From: Candidatus Poribacteria bacterium
Lineage (GTDB): Bacteria > Poribacteria > WGA-4E > WGA-3G
DNA length: 64,000 bases
Assembly: GCA_965197475.1 (NCBI GenBank)
Contig: CBDANF010000003.1
Location: 1,632,001-1,696,000, forward strand
Direction: 5' to 3'
In this document: one piece after another, positions 51,168-61,510 of the stretch
How the letters are laid out: each line of letters opens with the position of its first letter
Position numbering within the stretch: position 1 is the first letter of the stretch
Made by a program: the position numbers and the translations under genes
Notes under the pieces: model-generated
Database searches by the model: none
What the model saw: only the letters and a program-made list of their open reading frames with translations
What the model was told of the DNA's origin: nothing

Positions 51168-51458
51168 TTAACTTCTCTGTGAACCGATTGTGTCGCGAAT
51201 TCCGAGTTCATTAATTAAACGAAAATACCGTGGGACATCCTTCTTATAGAGATACCTTAATAAACGGCGTTGTTTTCCTACCAACCGAAAAAGTCCGTAT
51301 CGTGAATGATGATCTTTTCTATGGGTCTGAAAATGTTGCGTTAATTCCTGAATGCGAGCATTTAATACCGCGACTTGCGCCTCTGGCGAACCGGTGTCTT
51401 TATCATGTATTTGATGCTTTTGAATTAATTCCTGCTTCCTTGCTGCATCAATTGCCAA
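51168..51458 (-). CDS. rpsO: 30S ribosomal protein S15
   Basis: DTGSPEAQVA and HRKDHHSR.GL motifs. Confidence 0.97.
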   Translation of the reverse strand: MAIDAARKQELIQKHQIHDKDTGSPEAQVAVLNARIQELTQHFQTHRKDHHSRYGLFRLVGKQRRLLRYLYKKDVPRYFRLINELGIRDTIGSQRS

Positions 51459-51959
51459 TCTACCTCACCCCCTCTTTGCTATTCGTGTTTTTCTTGTAAA
51501 CATTAGATAAATCTCATGATAAATAAAGCACGACGGAAACAGATTTGCCGTGCCTAAATCTTTTTTATGAGATGACTTCTACATATTAAGAGTAATTATA
51601 TCATAAATTGGAGCGAATTTCAAGAAAATTTGTGGTTATCCTCCTGAGGGTGTAAAACTTGGACAGAAAGTCTACTCGGCATTTTATACCTATTGCCTGC
51701 CAATCAATGCCTCATACGTGCATGGCACTTGTCGTATAGCATTCGTCAAAGAGTGCCTGCTACTATGCATGTATACACATCTATCAATATTGATTTGAAT
51801 AGAGAGTATCCTGCTACCGTTTTTTACTAATTTTCATTTTTATCTTGATTATTTTTCCAATTATTTGTACAATTATGGAAAATGACGGAACCTAACTATG
51901 GAACGTTTTATGTAAACCTAAGTTTTCACTTTATATTATACAGAACAATAGGAGTTATC

Positions 51960-52932
51960 ATGAAATACTTTCTACGATTTCTCTGTCTATGTCTGATTGT
52001 CCTTCCACTGACAATACATGCCGAACTTACAGGCAAAGTTATCTCTAGGTACCCAGGTAACCCTAACGAGTTATGGATTTCCGATGTGAATGACATAAGC
52101 AAGACACGTCGGATTTGTAAATTTAAACAAGAACATATAATTCGCCATCTATCTGTCCAAAAAAATGGTCCTTTTATAGTTGTCGCTGCTCATCAAGACG
52201 CTAATACTGAAAAACATGATGTTTCCTTGTTAATACAAATCAGCCTAATATAGCCGAGCGCAACCTAACAGATAAGCAATTTGATATCATGTCGGATGTT
52301 GCCATTTCCCAAAACGGAGATATTCTCTTTACAAACATTGCCAAATGGGATAATAAGCGAGGTCTCTATCTCATTCCAAAAAGTGAAATGCTGAAACCAT
52401 CGCCAATAGTCACACGTATAAAAGCAGCTGACATCCAAAGTACTGTCTGGTTACCGAATGGAGATCAGCTTGCTTACGATGCGACCTTTGGAGACGTTTT
52501 TCACCTCAATATTGCAACGGGAGAAGAATTCCGTGTTAGCGGAGGCGGAAATTATCCAGCTATTTCACCGGATGGTAAAAAAATCGCTATTGTTTTCAAG
52601 GCTTGGCATTTCACGGATGAAATTCGCGTTATCTCACTTGAAACCCTACGTCCCTTGAAAATTATAAAAGATTTTGTTCCGCACACAACCTTTAATGACC
52701 TCAAATGGTCACCTGATGGAAAGTATATTGTTTACTCAGTATTCGGTAGGTCTCTATTTAAAAAAGGGACTATACACCACAATATTGCAGTCCCGCTTGA
52801 TGGAGGTCCTCCTGAAAGAATATTGGACATGTTTGAACACGGGGTGGCAAAATTTGATTGGGCGAGCACAGCGGGATATGCCTTGAACCTACGAATCGAT
52901 TGACTACACTCTGGGGTAAACTGAAACAGTGA
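51960..52932 (+). pseudogene. TolB-like (PD40/WD40) secreted beta-propeller, two apparent 1-bp deletions
   Basis: Restoring one base near 52223 and one near 52882 gives one ORF paralogous to 53095..54154, ending AVEPTNRLTTLWGKLKQ; PAISPDGKK and WSPDGK repeats; may be sequencing error. Confidence 0.7.
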
Positions 52933-53094
52933 GTATAGATGTTGGGTTCCGCAAACTCTACCCAACCTACACGGTTGCTAAACCAAGATTAGCAAAGTTA
53001 TTGGATTTCTAAGATTATACATATCTTGGGCGGAAATTCATAACCCTAAAAATCTTGAAATCTTGTGAATCCTGGTTCAGACAAAGGAGTTATC

Positions 53095-54154
53095 ATGAAA
53101 TATTTACTCAAATATCTCTATTTTTGTATCGTTTTTCTCCTGCCACTCGCAACACATGCCGAACTTACAGGTGAAGTTATCTTTAGACATCCGGATAATC
53201 CCAACGAATTGTGGATTACCGACGTAGAAAACACAGGCAATGCACGTTTGTTGTTTACACAGAAACACCCGATTCACAAACTGTCTGTCCAAAAAAATGG
53301 CACCTTCATCGTCACTATTGCCAAGAGCGATGATCCGACTTTTCCATTTGACGTTTACCTTGTTGATAGAAGTAAGGTGCCTGCACAAGAAAACAACTTA
53401 ACACATAAACTATTTACTGAGATACTTGATGTCAAGATCTCAAAATACGGAGATATTTTTTTCACAAACAATCAGATAAGGACAGACATGAGCAAAGGGC
53501 CGCCACCAGCGAGCGGCATCTACCACATTCCAAATTATGATTTAAAGAATTTTTTTCAACCTAAACAAACAGTAATTGTCGTACCTGGACCTGCTCCTGA
53601 TATAGTGGTAACGGTACAAAATCACTGGTTGCTAAAAGGAGTTGAAACGTCTCGTATCGCTCTGTCGCCAAACAGACATCAAATTGCTTATGATACCGAA
53701 AGAAGGCGTATTTCTCTTCAATCTCAATACTGGAGAGGTTGTCCAAATCAGTCGAGGTGGGAGTTTTCCTGCTTTTTCACCGGATGGCAAAAAATTCGCT
53801 TATGTTTATAGGCATTTTGGAATCGCGCATGAAATTGAAATTTACTCAACTGAGACCCTACGTTTCCTGGGGAACATTAGAAGAAGAATTATAGGTCACC
53901 AGCAATTCTTAGACTTTAAATTTTCTCCTGATGGGAAATATTTAGTTTACACAACATACGGCGGAGATTTTTTTAATCCGAATACTTCCTTTAACAATTA
54001 TGCAATTTCACTTGATGGAGAAGAGCAGTTTAAGATTTTGGATGGTATATTTGAAAATGGTGTGCCAATGTTTGATTGGACAACGAGCGAAGTGCCTTAC
54101 GCCGTTGAACCTACGAACAGATTGACCACCCTATGGGGAAAACTGAAACAGTAA
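53095..54154 (+). pseudogene. TolB-like (PD40/WD40) secreted beta-propeller, one apparent frameshift
   Basis: ORFs 53065..53811 and 53642..54154 join at about 53700 (YDTE/EGVFLFNL); PAFSPDGKK and FSPDGK repeats; C-terminal VEPTNRLTTLWGKLKQ. Confidence 0.7.
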
Positions 54155-54229
54155 GTCGTAGGTTAGGTACGGAATGTAATCAATTTTACAGCAAACTTTG
54201 GTGGCACCTCAACAGTCTCTTTCATATCC

Positions 54230-55252
54230 TTACGCATTCCACTCCAAGACAACACCTGTATAAATATCAGATTCGTTAAGGAGTCCATCGTAAGCCTGCT
54301 TAATTTGCTCAGGTTTGAGGCGATGTGAGATTAATGGTTCCACGTGCAACTGCCCGCGTGCCATCCAGTCAAAAATAGTCTGCTGTTTGCTGTGCTGTGA
54401 GGTGCGATTCCCGATATCTGGATACATCGGAACACACCATTCCAAAGCACCACGGATAGTTATCCATCGTAGATGCGTGTCGGAAAGAAGTTCTGTTAAA
54501 TCACCTGTGACAGAAACGCGTGGTGAACCGAGGATGACGAGTTGTCCATGGTTTGCGGTTGCGCGGAGAACCTGCATTACAACACTGCTATGTCCAACAG
54601 CATCAACTGTGATATTGCCCATTTCTCCGTTGGTAATGTCTTGAATCTGTGCTTGGACTTCGTCAGCATCCCTGCCGATAGTATGTGTGATGCCACATTG
54701 TTCTGCTAATTTCCGTCTTTTTTCTACAGGGTCTACACCGATAACACGACACCCGTGAATTTGGAACATCTGTGATGTGAGATTGCCAACAAGCCCTAAC
54801 CCGAAGACGATGACGCGTGGGTTCGTGCCGATGTCAGTGACAATAATTGCAGTCATCGCAACGCCTGCCATCCGAGATGCAGCCACAACACCAGGGTCCA
54901 TTGATTCTCTGACAGGAACAATAAGTGTGTCGTGTGAATACCGAATTGTTGAAGCATGTCGCCCATAAGTAAAGACACGGTCTCCTTGCACTGCGCGGGT
55001 AACGCTTGCCCCGACCTCCCGTACAACCCCGACATTCGCGTAGCCGGAACGCCACGGGTAAGCACACCAAGCTCCTTTCTGAAAAACTTTCGGTTCTCTA
55101 CCAGTATAGTTTGCGAGTTCAGTGCCGCTGCTAATGAATGTATATTCTGTATCTATTAACACTTCGTTAGGTGAGAGCTTTGAATCGTCTATTTTAGTAG
55201 TTTGCAGTTCTACTTGATTCTGCCCAGTTACAACAACCTCTCTAATTTTCAT
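54230..55252 (-). CDS. Zinc-type (MDR) alcohol dehydrogenase-like protein
   Basis: ISSGTE, GYANVG and VFGLGLVG motifs. Confidence 0.88.
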   Translation of the reverse strand: MKIREVVVTGQNQVELQTTKIDDSKLSPNEVLIDTEYTFISSGTELANYTGREPKVFQKGAWCAYPWRSGYANVGVVREVGASVTRAVQGDRVFTYGRHASTIRYSHDTLIVPVRESMDPGVVAASRMAGVAMTAIIVTDIGTNPRVIVFGLGLVGNLTSQMFQIHGCRVIGVDPVEKRRKLAEQCGITHTIGRDADEVQAQIQDITNGEMGNITVDAVGHSSVVMQVLRATANHGQLVILGSPRVSVTGDLTELLSDTHLRWITIRGALEWCVPMYPDIGNRTSQHSKQQTIFDWMARGQLHVEPLISHRLKPEQIKQAYDGLLNESDIYTGVVLEWNA

Positions 55253-55577
55253 CTGAGATTCCTTCAGCTAATTCTTTCTGTTTGATTTCACGAATGAGTG
55301 CCTTCATCTGATTATATCTAAAAAGTCCGACAAAAAAAGTAAGGGTACCGATTAACATAAAAATTCCGCCAATTGCGCCATCAGCCATAGGGGCACTTAC
55401 AATTTTAAAATGTACGAAAGATAATCCTGCAACGAATAGTGTTAAAGCCGTTCGGATATAGGCGAGGAAGGTTCGCTCATTGGCAAGTATAGTTCGGTCA
55501 GCAGCAAGATGGTCACGCAGAATGAGTTGACCTTTGATACTCTGATAGGGGGTTTCTTTTTCTAACATTTGGTTCAA
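55242..55577 (-). CDS. DUF202 (YidH-like) membrane protein
   Basis: RDHLAADRTILANERTFLAYIRTAL signature. Confidence 0.9.
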   Translation of the reverse strand: MNQMLEKETPYQSIKGQLILRDHLAADRTILANERTFLAYIRTALTLFVAGLSFVHFKIVSAPMADGAIGGIFMLIGTLTFFVGLFRYNQMKALIREIKQKELAEGISDEN

Positions 55578-55594
55578 TTCGCTCCTTCCCTAAA

Positions 55595-55918
55595 TCAGAT
55601 AAAAATGAATATGCCTATGATCCAACCACAAAGTATATTCATAAATCGCAACCTTTTGACTATTTTTCGGTATTGATCGGTATAGAGAGCCGGATGTTGC
55701 AAGTAGACCTCTACTCGCTCAGATGTAGACAAATCAATTTTCGGTATTAAGAGACATACAAAAAAATTTGCCATACCGAGTGCTAAAACATTGATAACGG
55801 GTAGAAAACTCAGGCATATTCCTAAAGTTCTCCAACGCCACCTTGAGACATTTCTTTGAGCATCAGCTTTAGCAATGCTGATGAGCAATGCTGAACATGT
55901 CCCAATTGTGTTTGCCAT
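55595..55918 (-). CDS. Hypothetical membrane protein
   Basis: Hydrophobic helices; likely start MANTIG just after the stop of the upstream dioxygenase (ORF track extends to 56038). Confidence 0.55.
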   Translation of the reverse strand: MANTIGTCSALLISIAKADAQRNVSRWRWRTLGICLSFLPVINVLALGMANFFVCLLIPKIDLSTSERVEVYLQHPALYTDQYRKIVKRLRFMNILCGWIIGIFIFI

Positions 55919-55937
55919 GCGTATTATCTTCGCCCCA

Positions 55938-56681
55938 TCAACCTTCGTAGCGAAGATTTTTGCCGTTGTCAGGTCCACCTTGTCCCCACACCCAGACGTT
56001 GCGGAAATATGCTTGTTTTTCAGGTGGTAATCCGTCAATTATGTGTTTTGGCACTGTAGGTTTATGAAATTGACATCCAACAAAATTATAGCAATTGAAG
56101 ACAGCGATTCGGGGGCGATCAGGATTTTTCCACGTATCACCAGAATGACAAAGATTCTCTGTGAAGATAATCGCGGAACCGGGAGGGCAACTATACGTCT
56201 CAAAAAGTGGGGAATCAACTGTGCGATGTGTCTCTGGAATTTGGAAGTTGGCTTTGTGGCTTCCGGGTAGAAAGAGGGTCCCGCCTTCACCTGCTTTGAC
56301 TTCGTTCAGTTCAAAGACAACCCGTGTTAAGGCTGAGTATATCTTTCCGCCTTGACACTGGTAGCTAAAGTTAGGGTTAACGTTTCTCACACCCCCGTGT
56401 GGCAGCGGTCCACCGTTTCCCACAGAACGGTAGGTGAACCAACTTGACTCCATCCGAATTTCTCCCAAAATTTCCTTGAGAATATCAACTATCACAGGGT
56501 GGTCAATCAACAAAGAGGATGCGCCACCTGGAAATTGTCGTTCGTGTGGCGGTAACGCTTCAGCGTTGGTACGGATAGTGTCAACTTGGAATTTAATATC
56601 GGCTACTTCTGAGGGTGTCAGCATTTCTGGAATTAATAGATACCCTTTTAGGTCAAAAATAAATTTCTGTTCTTCAGTCAT
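55938..56681 (-). CDS. Phytanoyl-CoA dioxygenase (PhyH) family protein
   Basis: QKFIFDLKGYL, GGTLFLPGSHKA and FTENLCHSG motifs. Confidence 0.88.
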   Translation of the reverse strand: MTEEQKFIFDLKGYLLIPEMLTPSEVADIKFQVDTIRTNAEALPPHERQFPGGASSLLIDHPVIVDILKEILGEIRMESSWFTYRSVGNGGPLPHGGVRNVNPNFSYQCQGGKIYSALTRVVFELNEVKAGEGGTLFLPGSHKANFQIPETHRTVDSPLFETYSCPPGSAIIFTENLCHSGDTWKNPDRPRIAVFNCYNFVGCQFHKPTVPKHIIDGLPPEKQAYFRNVWVWGQGGPDNGKNLRYEG

Positions 56682-56787
56682 AATAGGATTCCATTCCGTA
56701 AACTATATTTAGGTTATATGGCAGATTGTAACAGAATTCTGTTTTATAGTAAAGTATAAAATACGTACAGATTTAAATGCCCGTTTC

Positions 56788-56816
56788 TTGACATCAACGC
56801 ATAGATATGCTATACT
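56788..56816 (+). promoter_or_regulatory. Putative sigma70 promoter with extended -10
   Basis: TTGACA-N17-TATACT with TGn; about 90 nt upstream of 56908. Confidence 0.6.
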
Positions 56817-56907
56817 AACAAAACAGATTTTAAGGGATGCTTGCAAATCTAATATTGCGAGTTTACAAACAACCTAATTTAAAATAAAAGAAATGGAGTG
56901 CTAATTT

Positions 56908-57498
56908 ATGGATTTCAAACAAGCATTAGACAGCAAAATTTCCAATTCTAATTTGCTTGATCATCCGTTCTATCAAGCGTGGAGTGCCGGCGAATTACCT
57001 GTTGAAGCTTTGAAATGTTATGCGCGTGAGTATGGTGCCTTTATCTCAACACTACCCAAGGGTTGGGAGACATTGAACGATTCTGAGACTGCAGAAGAGG
57101 AAACAGAACACATTGAGATGTGGGCTGATTTCGCAGATGGTCTTAACACTTCGGTTTCGGAAGCAGAGATTCCAGAGGTGAAAACTCTGTTGGAAATGGC
57201 TGAAAAACTTTTTTCTCAAAGTGAAACAGCATTAGGTGCCCTCTACGCTTTTGAAGCACAGCAACCGGAAACTGCGAAGTCAAAATTGGCTGGTTTGAAG
57301 AAGTTCTATCAACTTCCCGAAACGGTGGAACCGTATTTTGAGACGCATTCCCATAATGAACATGAAGCGGAAAAGCTACTTGCGCGAATCGGCGAATTAC
57401 CATCGGATTCTCAGCAAACTGTCGTGCAGGCTTGTGAGCAGATGAGCAGTGCTTTGTGGGATGCGCTCACAGGAATTCATGATGCCAAATGCGCATGA
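56908..57498 (+). CDS. Heme-oxygenase-like diiron enzyme (CADD/PqqC/TenA-like)
   Basis: LLDHPFYQAW..GEL, EE..H..MW..F, ALYAFEAQ.P and YFETH...E.H metal-ligand pattern. Confidence 0.8.
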   Translation: MDFKQALDSKISNSNLLDHPFYQAWSAGELPVEALKCYAREYGAFISTLPKGWETLNDSETAEEETEHIEMWADFADGLNTSVSEAEIPEVKTLLEMAEKLFSQSETALGALYAFEAQQPETAKSKLAGLKKFYQLPETVEPYFETHSHNEHEAEKLLARIGELPSDSQQTVVQACEQMSSALWDALTGIHDAKCA

Positions 57499-57868
57499 TA
57501 CGGTGAAAGCATATTTTGACGCGCTTATTGCCAGAGATGCTGGAACCCTTATTGCGATGATGCTTCCTACTGCACACTATGTGAAGATAGGCACGGATGC
57601 AGGTGAAGTTATTAAAGGTGAGGCAGGAATTGCAGCTTATTACCAAAATCATGTCGCGAGTACTGAGGATTTCAGCATCACATTCATCAACCTTGATGTG
57701 CAAGAACGCGGTGATGTAGCGTGGTTTTATACACAACAAGTCTGGAAGCTTAAATGGCAAGGAACTTCGGAAGAATTTGTGATGCGGATGACAGGTGTTT
57801 TGGAGAGAATTGACGGGTTGTGGAAGTTTGCACAAATACATGCCTCAATCGGTGTTCCTACATATTAG
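57482..57868 (+). CDS. SnoaL-like / NTF2 family protein
   Basis: KIGTDAGE, GDVAW and RMTGVLER.DG.WKFAQIHAS motifs. Confidence 0.85.
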   Translation: MPNAHDTVKAYFDALIARDAGTLIAMMLPTAHYVKIGTDAGEVIKGEAGIAAYYQNHVASTEDFSITFINLDVQERGDVAWFYTQQVWKLKWQGTSEEFVMRMTGVLERIDGLWKFAQIHASIGVPTY

Positions 57869-57886
57869 TGTTTAGAGGAGAGGTTC

Positions 57887-58603
57887 TTGAAAATTTCGGT
57901 TGTCTCTTTTGATGGCGACATGACCTTATGGGATTTTCGGAAGGTTATGCGTCATGCGCTCAAGCACGCATTGATGGAGCTGCAGAGACAGATTCCAACC
58001 CCGCGTATTTTAGACCTTACAATTGACGAGATGATTGTGATTCGGAATCAATTTGCTGAAGAGGTAAAAGGCAAAGTCTGGAACCTTGAAGAAATCAGGC
58101 GGGGCGCGTTTGAACGGACACTTGAACATGTCGGATGTCCAGATAAAAACCTTGCTGCACACCTGAATGCAGTATATCTGAAGCACCGTTTTGAAGATAT
58201 AGAGTTGTATCCTGATGTTATACCTACCCTTGATGTTTTGACACCACATTTCAAGTTAGGGTTACTCTCAAATGGAAACACTTATCCAGAACGCTGCGGA
58301 CTCAAAGACCGCTTCGCCTTTGTTGTCTTTTCCCAAGATGTGCAGATTGAGAAACCAGATCGAAAAATCTTTGAAATAACTGCCCAGCGAGCAGGTTGTG
58401 AACTCGCGCAGCTGCTCCATGTAGGAGACTCACTTGAGAACGATGTTGCTGGGGCACAGAATGTTGGGGCACATGCAGTCTGGCTCAACCGAGAAGGGGT
58501 GTCAAACGACACAAAAACTCAACCTGATTATGAAATAGGTTCCTTGACTGTAATTCTCGCCATTTTAGGGTTGGAAGGAGAAAATTATGATTGCTCTTTC
58601 TGA
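57887..58603 (+). CDS. HAD-superfamily hydrolase
   Basis: FDGDMTL, LSNG, EKPD and HVGDSLENDV motifs. Confidence 0.9.
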   Translation: MKISVVSFDGDMTLWDFRKVMRHALKHALMELQRQIPTPRILDLTIDEMIVIRNQFAEEVKGKVWNLEEIRRGAFERTLEHVGCPDKNLAAHLNAVYLKHRFEDIELYPDVIPTLDVLTPHFKLGLLSNGNTYPERCGLKDRFAFVVFSQDVQIEKPDRKIFEITAQRAGCELAQLLHVGDSLENDVAGAQNVGAHAVWLNREGVSNDTKTQPDYEIGSLTVILAILGLEGENYDCSF

Positions 58604-58865
58604 AGAAATTAGACAAGCAGTTCAGGATTCCAAGGACAACCTTGTACGCTTAGTGGACCCAGAAACTAATGTAGAATATGTTGTGTTACCTGCAGAAGCA
58701 TTCGCCCAGATGCAAGAGAAATTATACGATGACAGTCCGCTAACCGAAGAAGAACAGGATATTTTGCTTGTAGAACTAGGCCTTAGCATAGGTTGGGATG
58801 ATCCGGAGATGGACGTTTACAATGAACTTGATCCACGGAGGGACAATGAAGGTTCAACGCGGTGA
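58587..58865 (+). CDS. Putative antitoxin of the downstream MazF/PemK toxin
   Basis: Small acidic protein (GWDDPEMDVY) overlapping the toxin start. Confidence 0.6.
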   Translation: MIALSEEIRQAVQDSKDNLVRLVDPETNVEYVVLPAEAFAQMQEKLYDDSPLTEEEQDILLVELGLSIGWDDPEMDVYNELDPRRDNEGSTR

Positions 58866-58895
58866 CGTAATTCTTGTGGATTTTCCTTATAGTAA

Positions 58896-59225
58896 TACCA
58901 TATCTAATTGACAAAATATCATAATAGCTTGTTTTATACCATACACCTTTCGCACCGCTGGTGCTTGGTTTCTTGTGGTATACTTTTCTATACACCTTCC
59001 GCACCGCTGGTGCTGAGATACGATTGACTATAGCCTCGGAGAGGCAGCATGCGCGTATGGCATGCTGCATGAGGTGTCCAGCAGCTGATGTCTGTGTTTA
59101 CCAAGCCCAAGAGGGGCGACAGGTGTCCATTTTTTCCACCGCATAACACTAAAATTGACGCGTAAGGGTATCGCAAACTCTACCCGACGGACGAAATAAT
59201 GCAATACAATCTCTTAGAAATGGTA
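58896..59225. mobile_element. MITE (330 bp) with TAA flanks
   Basis: Inverted termini TACCATATCTAA / TTAGAAATGGTA (11 of 12 match); TAA on both sides; carries REP-like motifs shared with 32724-33218. Confidence 0.7.
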
Positions 59226-59228
59226 TAA

Positions 59229-59317
59229 TACCAAATTAACTTGATCCCACTCGGTAGGCGCGCTTTGTAAGCACGCAGTCTGCCCAGAAAAATAAGACTA
59301 ATCCCATTAATTTGGTA
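59229..59317. mobile_element. MITE (89 bp) with TAA flanks
   Basis: Perfect 11-bp inverted termini TACCAAATTAA / TTAATTTGGTA; TAA on both sides; internal GTAGGCGCGCTTTGTAAG REP also present (reverse) near 37840-37860. Confidence 0.75.
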
Positions 59318-59629
59318 TAACCACACGGAGAGTAAAACACGTCCAGCACTTGTTGTACAAGCGGATCCTTGGAATCAACGACTTGATGCCATAGTTCTCG
59401 CTGGTATCACTAGTAGCCGTCATCGGAGGGTCGGAGCACCCACGCAGTATTTTATTGATATTTCAACAACTGAAGGAGAACAACAGGACTTCGTCTTGAT
59501 TCAGTTGTTCAATGTGAAAAGTTAATCACCTTCAGTCAAAGTCGAATCCTGCGCGTTATCGGTAGGCTTTCCGATTCTGCGATGCAGCAGATAGATGTTT
59601 GCCTGAAATCCGCATTAGGCATTCACTAA

Positions 59630-60679
59630 GTGGAATATCAATCCATGGGTAAACAGGTGATGCCAAAACACAACTACTACAGAATTTTGAATGTTTCCCG
59701 CGATGCCTCTGCAGATAAGATTAAGAAAGCTTACCGACAACTCGCGCTAAAATATCATCCTGATAAAAATTCTGGTGATAAAGCAGCTGCTGCAAAATTC
59801 CAAGAGGTGACGAAAGCCTACGAGGTGTTGTCTGATAATGTGCAACGGCAACGTTACGACCGAAATCACTCGTCCAAACCAGGGCACTATGTAAATTACA
59901 ACGTAGTTTTTGGGAATGATGGTGCTGAAATGGTATTGATTCCCGCTGGGGGATTTCTGATGGGAAGCAGCACCGGAGAGGCGGACGAAAGTCCTATGCA
60001 TTCTGTCTACATCGACGATTTCTACATGGACAGATATACTGTGACAAATGTGCAGTATAAAACCTTTGTTGATGATAACCCGCAGTGGTGTAAGGATAGA
60101 ATCCTAAGAGAATATCATGATGGGAATTATTTAAAACTCTGGAATGACGAGAATTATCCAATTGGGAAAGGGAACCACCCTGTGGTTTCAGTTAGTTGGT
60201 ATGCGGCGATGGCTTACGCGCAATGGGCGAGGAAGCGGTTGCCGACTGAGGCAGAATGGGAAAAAGCGGCACGTGGCGGATTAGTAGGAAAAACCTATCC
60301 GTGGGGAGATTCAATTGATAGTAGTAAGGCAAACTACGGCAACCGTTGGGATGGACGAATCGCCACAATTCGCTTGACACCGGTTGGAAGTTATCCTCCG
60401 AACGGATACGGTTTATGTGATATGGTCGGCAATGTGCGTGAATGGTGTCTTGACGCTTATCAATCAGATTTTTATAAGCATTCGCCACGCCACAATCCGA
60501 TTGCTGGTACTAGCATCAAAGAAGTTCTCACTAATTTTACGACAGTAAAAAATTCTCGAGTGTTTCGCGGAGGGACATGGTATTTTTCACCGAAATCCTT
60601 ACGGGTTACGTATCGGTTGAGAGACATCCCCTCTTTTGCTGTTACCAGTGTTGGGTTTCGATGCGTGAAAAAGGAGTAA
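59630..60679 (+). CDS. DnaJ (J-domain) + FGE-sulfatase/SUMF1 domain protein
   Basis: YYRILNV...KYHPDKN J-domain; [15 protein letters not shown] and GFRCV FGE fold. Confidence 0.88.
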   Translation: MEYQSMGKQVMPKHNYYRILNVSRDASADKIKKAYRQLALKYHPDKNSGDKAAAAKFQEVTKAYEVLSDNVQRQRYDRNHSSKPGHYVNYNVVFGNDGAEMVLIPAGGFLMGSSTGEADESPMHSVYIDDFYMDRYTVTNVQYKTFVDDNPQWCKDRILREYHDGNYLKLWNDENYPIGKGNHPVVSVSWYAAMAYAQWARKRLPTEAEWEKAARGGLVGKTYPWGDSIDSSKANYGNRWDGRIATIRLTPVGSYPPNGYGLCDMVGNVREWCLDAYQSDFYKHSPRHNPIAGTSIKEVLTNFTTVKNSRVFRGGTWYFSPKSLRVTYRLRDIPSFAVTSVGFRCVKKE

Positions 60680-60686
60680 TGTAATC

Positions 60687-61469
60687 ATGACCCCTGAACA
60701 ACGTTATCTTTTTGATGTTACTGGATATCTTCACCTGAAGAATGTTATTAACGGAGAAGAATTGAAAGCGGCTCAAGAAGCAGCGGATACCTACATCAAC
60801 GCTTCCCCCGAAGAACTTCCAGATGGATTTGACTCCAGCGGCAAACACCTTCCAAATGGTTTTGCGTTCTCCAAATCTCTGGAAGCACTCACAATGCATC
60901 CAGCGACTTGGCCCATCATCAAGGAACTGACCGAAAACAAGCCACAACTTGCTCGCGGCACAATGATCGCGGACCGAATTGGAGTGCCGGAGGGTGGAGA
61001 AGCGTTACGTCTACATTGTGCACGGGAAGATTATGGACGTGACAGAAACTGTTTTGAGAACCGAAACGGTAGAATCTATTGTGATGATTTCGTCGTTTTT
61101 CCTTACCTGACAGATGTGTATCCCGGTGATGGCGGGTTGTTGGTTGTACCCGGTTCTCACAAAGCTGAGTTCGATCGTCCCGAACACATCTTCAACAATG
61201 GAACGATTTCAGATGTCGATCAAATTCCACAAGGTGTTGAAAACATTACGCCAAAAGCGGGTGATGTGTTGATTATCTCTGAACTCTTGACGCATGGTGC
61301 GCTACCTTGGAAACCGAAAGATAGGTATCGTTGCTTCCTTGTTTTGCGGTACAGACCGCAAGGCCGTGGTGAAAGTCGTGTGTCTGAAGCGGTAAGAAAA
61401 CTGTTATCGCCGGAAACGTTGGAGTTAATTGCTCGTGCAGATAATACTCACACGAACAGAGATTGTTAA
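60687..61469 (+). CDS. Phytanoyl-CoA dioxygenase (PhyH) family protein
   Basis: QRYLFDVTGYL, GGLLVVPGSHK and SELLTHG motifs; a possible 1-bp insertion near 61458 would shift the stop to 61494. Confidence 0.88.
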   Translation: MTPEQRYLFDVTGYLHLKNVINGEELKAAQEAADTYINASPEELPDGFDSSGKHLPNGFAFSKSLEALTMHPATWPIIKELTENKPQLARGTMIADRIGVPEGGEALRLHCAREDYGRDRNCFENRNGRIYCDDFVVFPYLTDVYPGDGGLLVVPGSHKAEFDRPEHIFNNGTISDVDQIPQGVENITPKAGDVLIISELLTHGALPWKPKDRYRCFLVLRYRPQGRGESRVSEAVRKLLSPETLELIARADNTHTNRDC

Positions 61470-61510
61470 AAAGGATGTTGTTAGGTTGACGTAAGAGAAG
61501 GATATGCCCT

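Larger units (their letters stand above)
58846..59629 (+). pseudogene. mazF: MazF/PemK family toxin interrupted by two tandem MITEs
   Basis: Removing 58896-59320 restores MKVQRGDVILVDFPYSNHTESKTRPALVVQ...; a further 1-bp shift near 59483 gives ...GLRLDSVVQCEKLITF...IGRLS...IDVCLKSALGIH. Confidence 0.8.

Noticed and set aside
56820-56900. Named riboswitch (SAM-II/III/V, fluoride, THF) in the leader
   Set aside because: A hairpin is present, but I could not match the conserved nucleotides of any known class.
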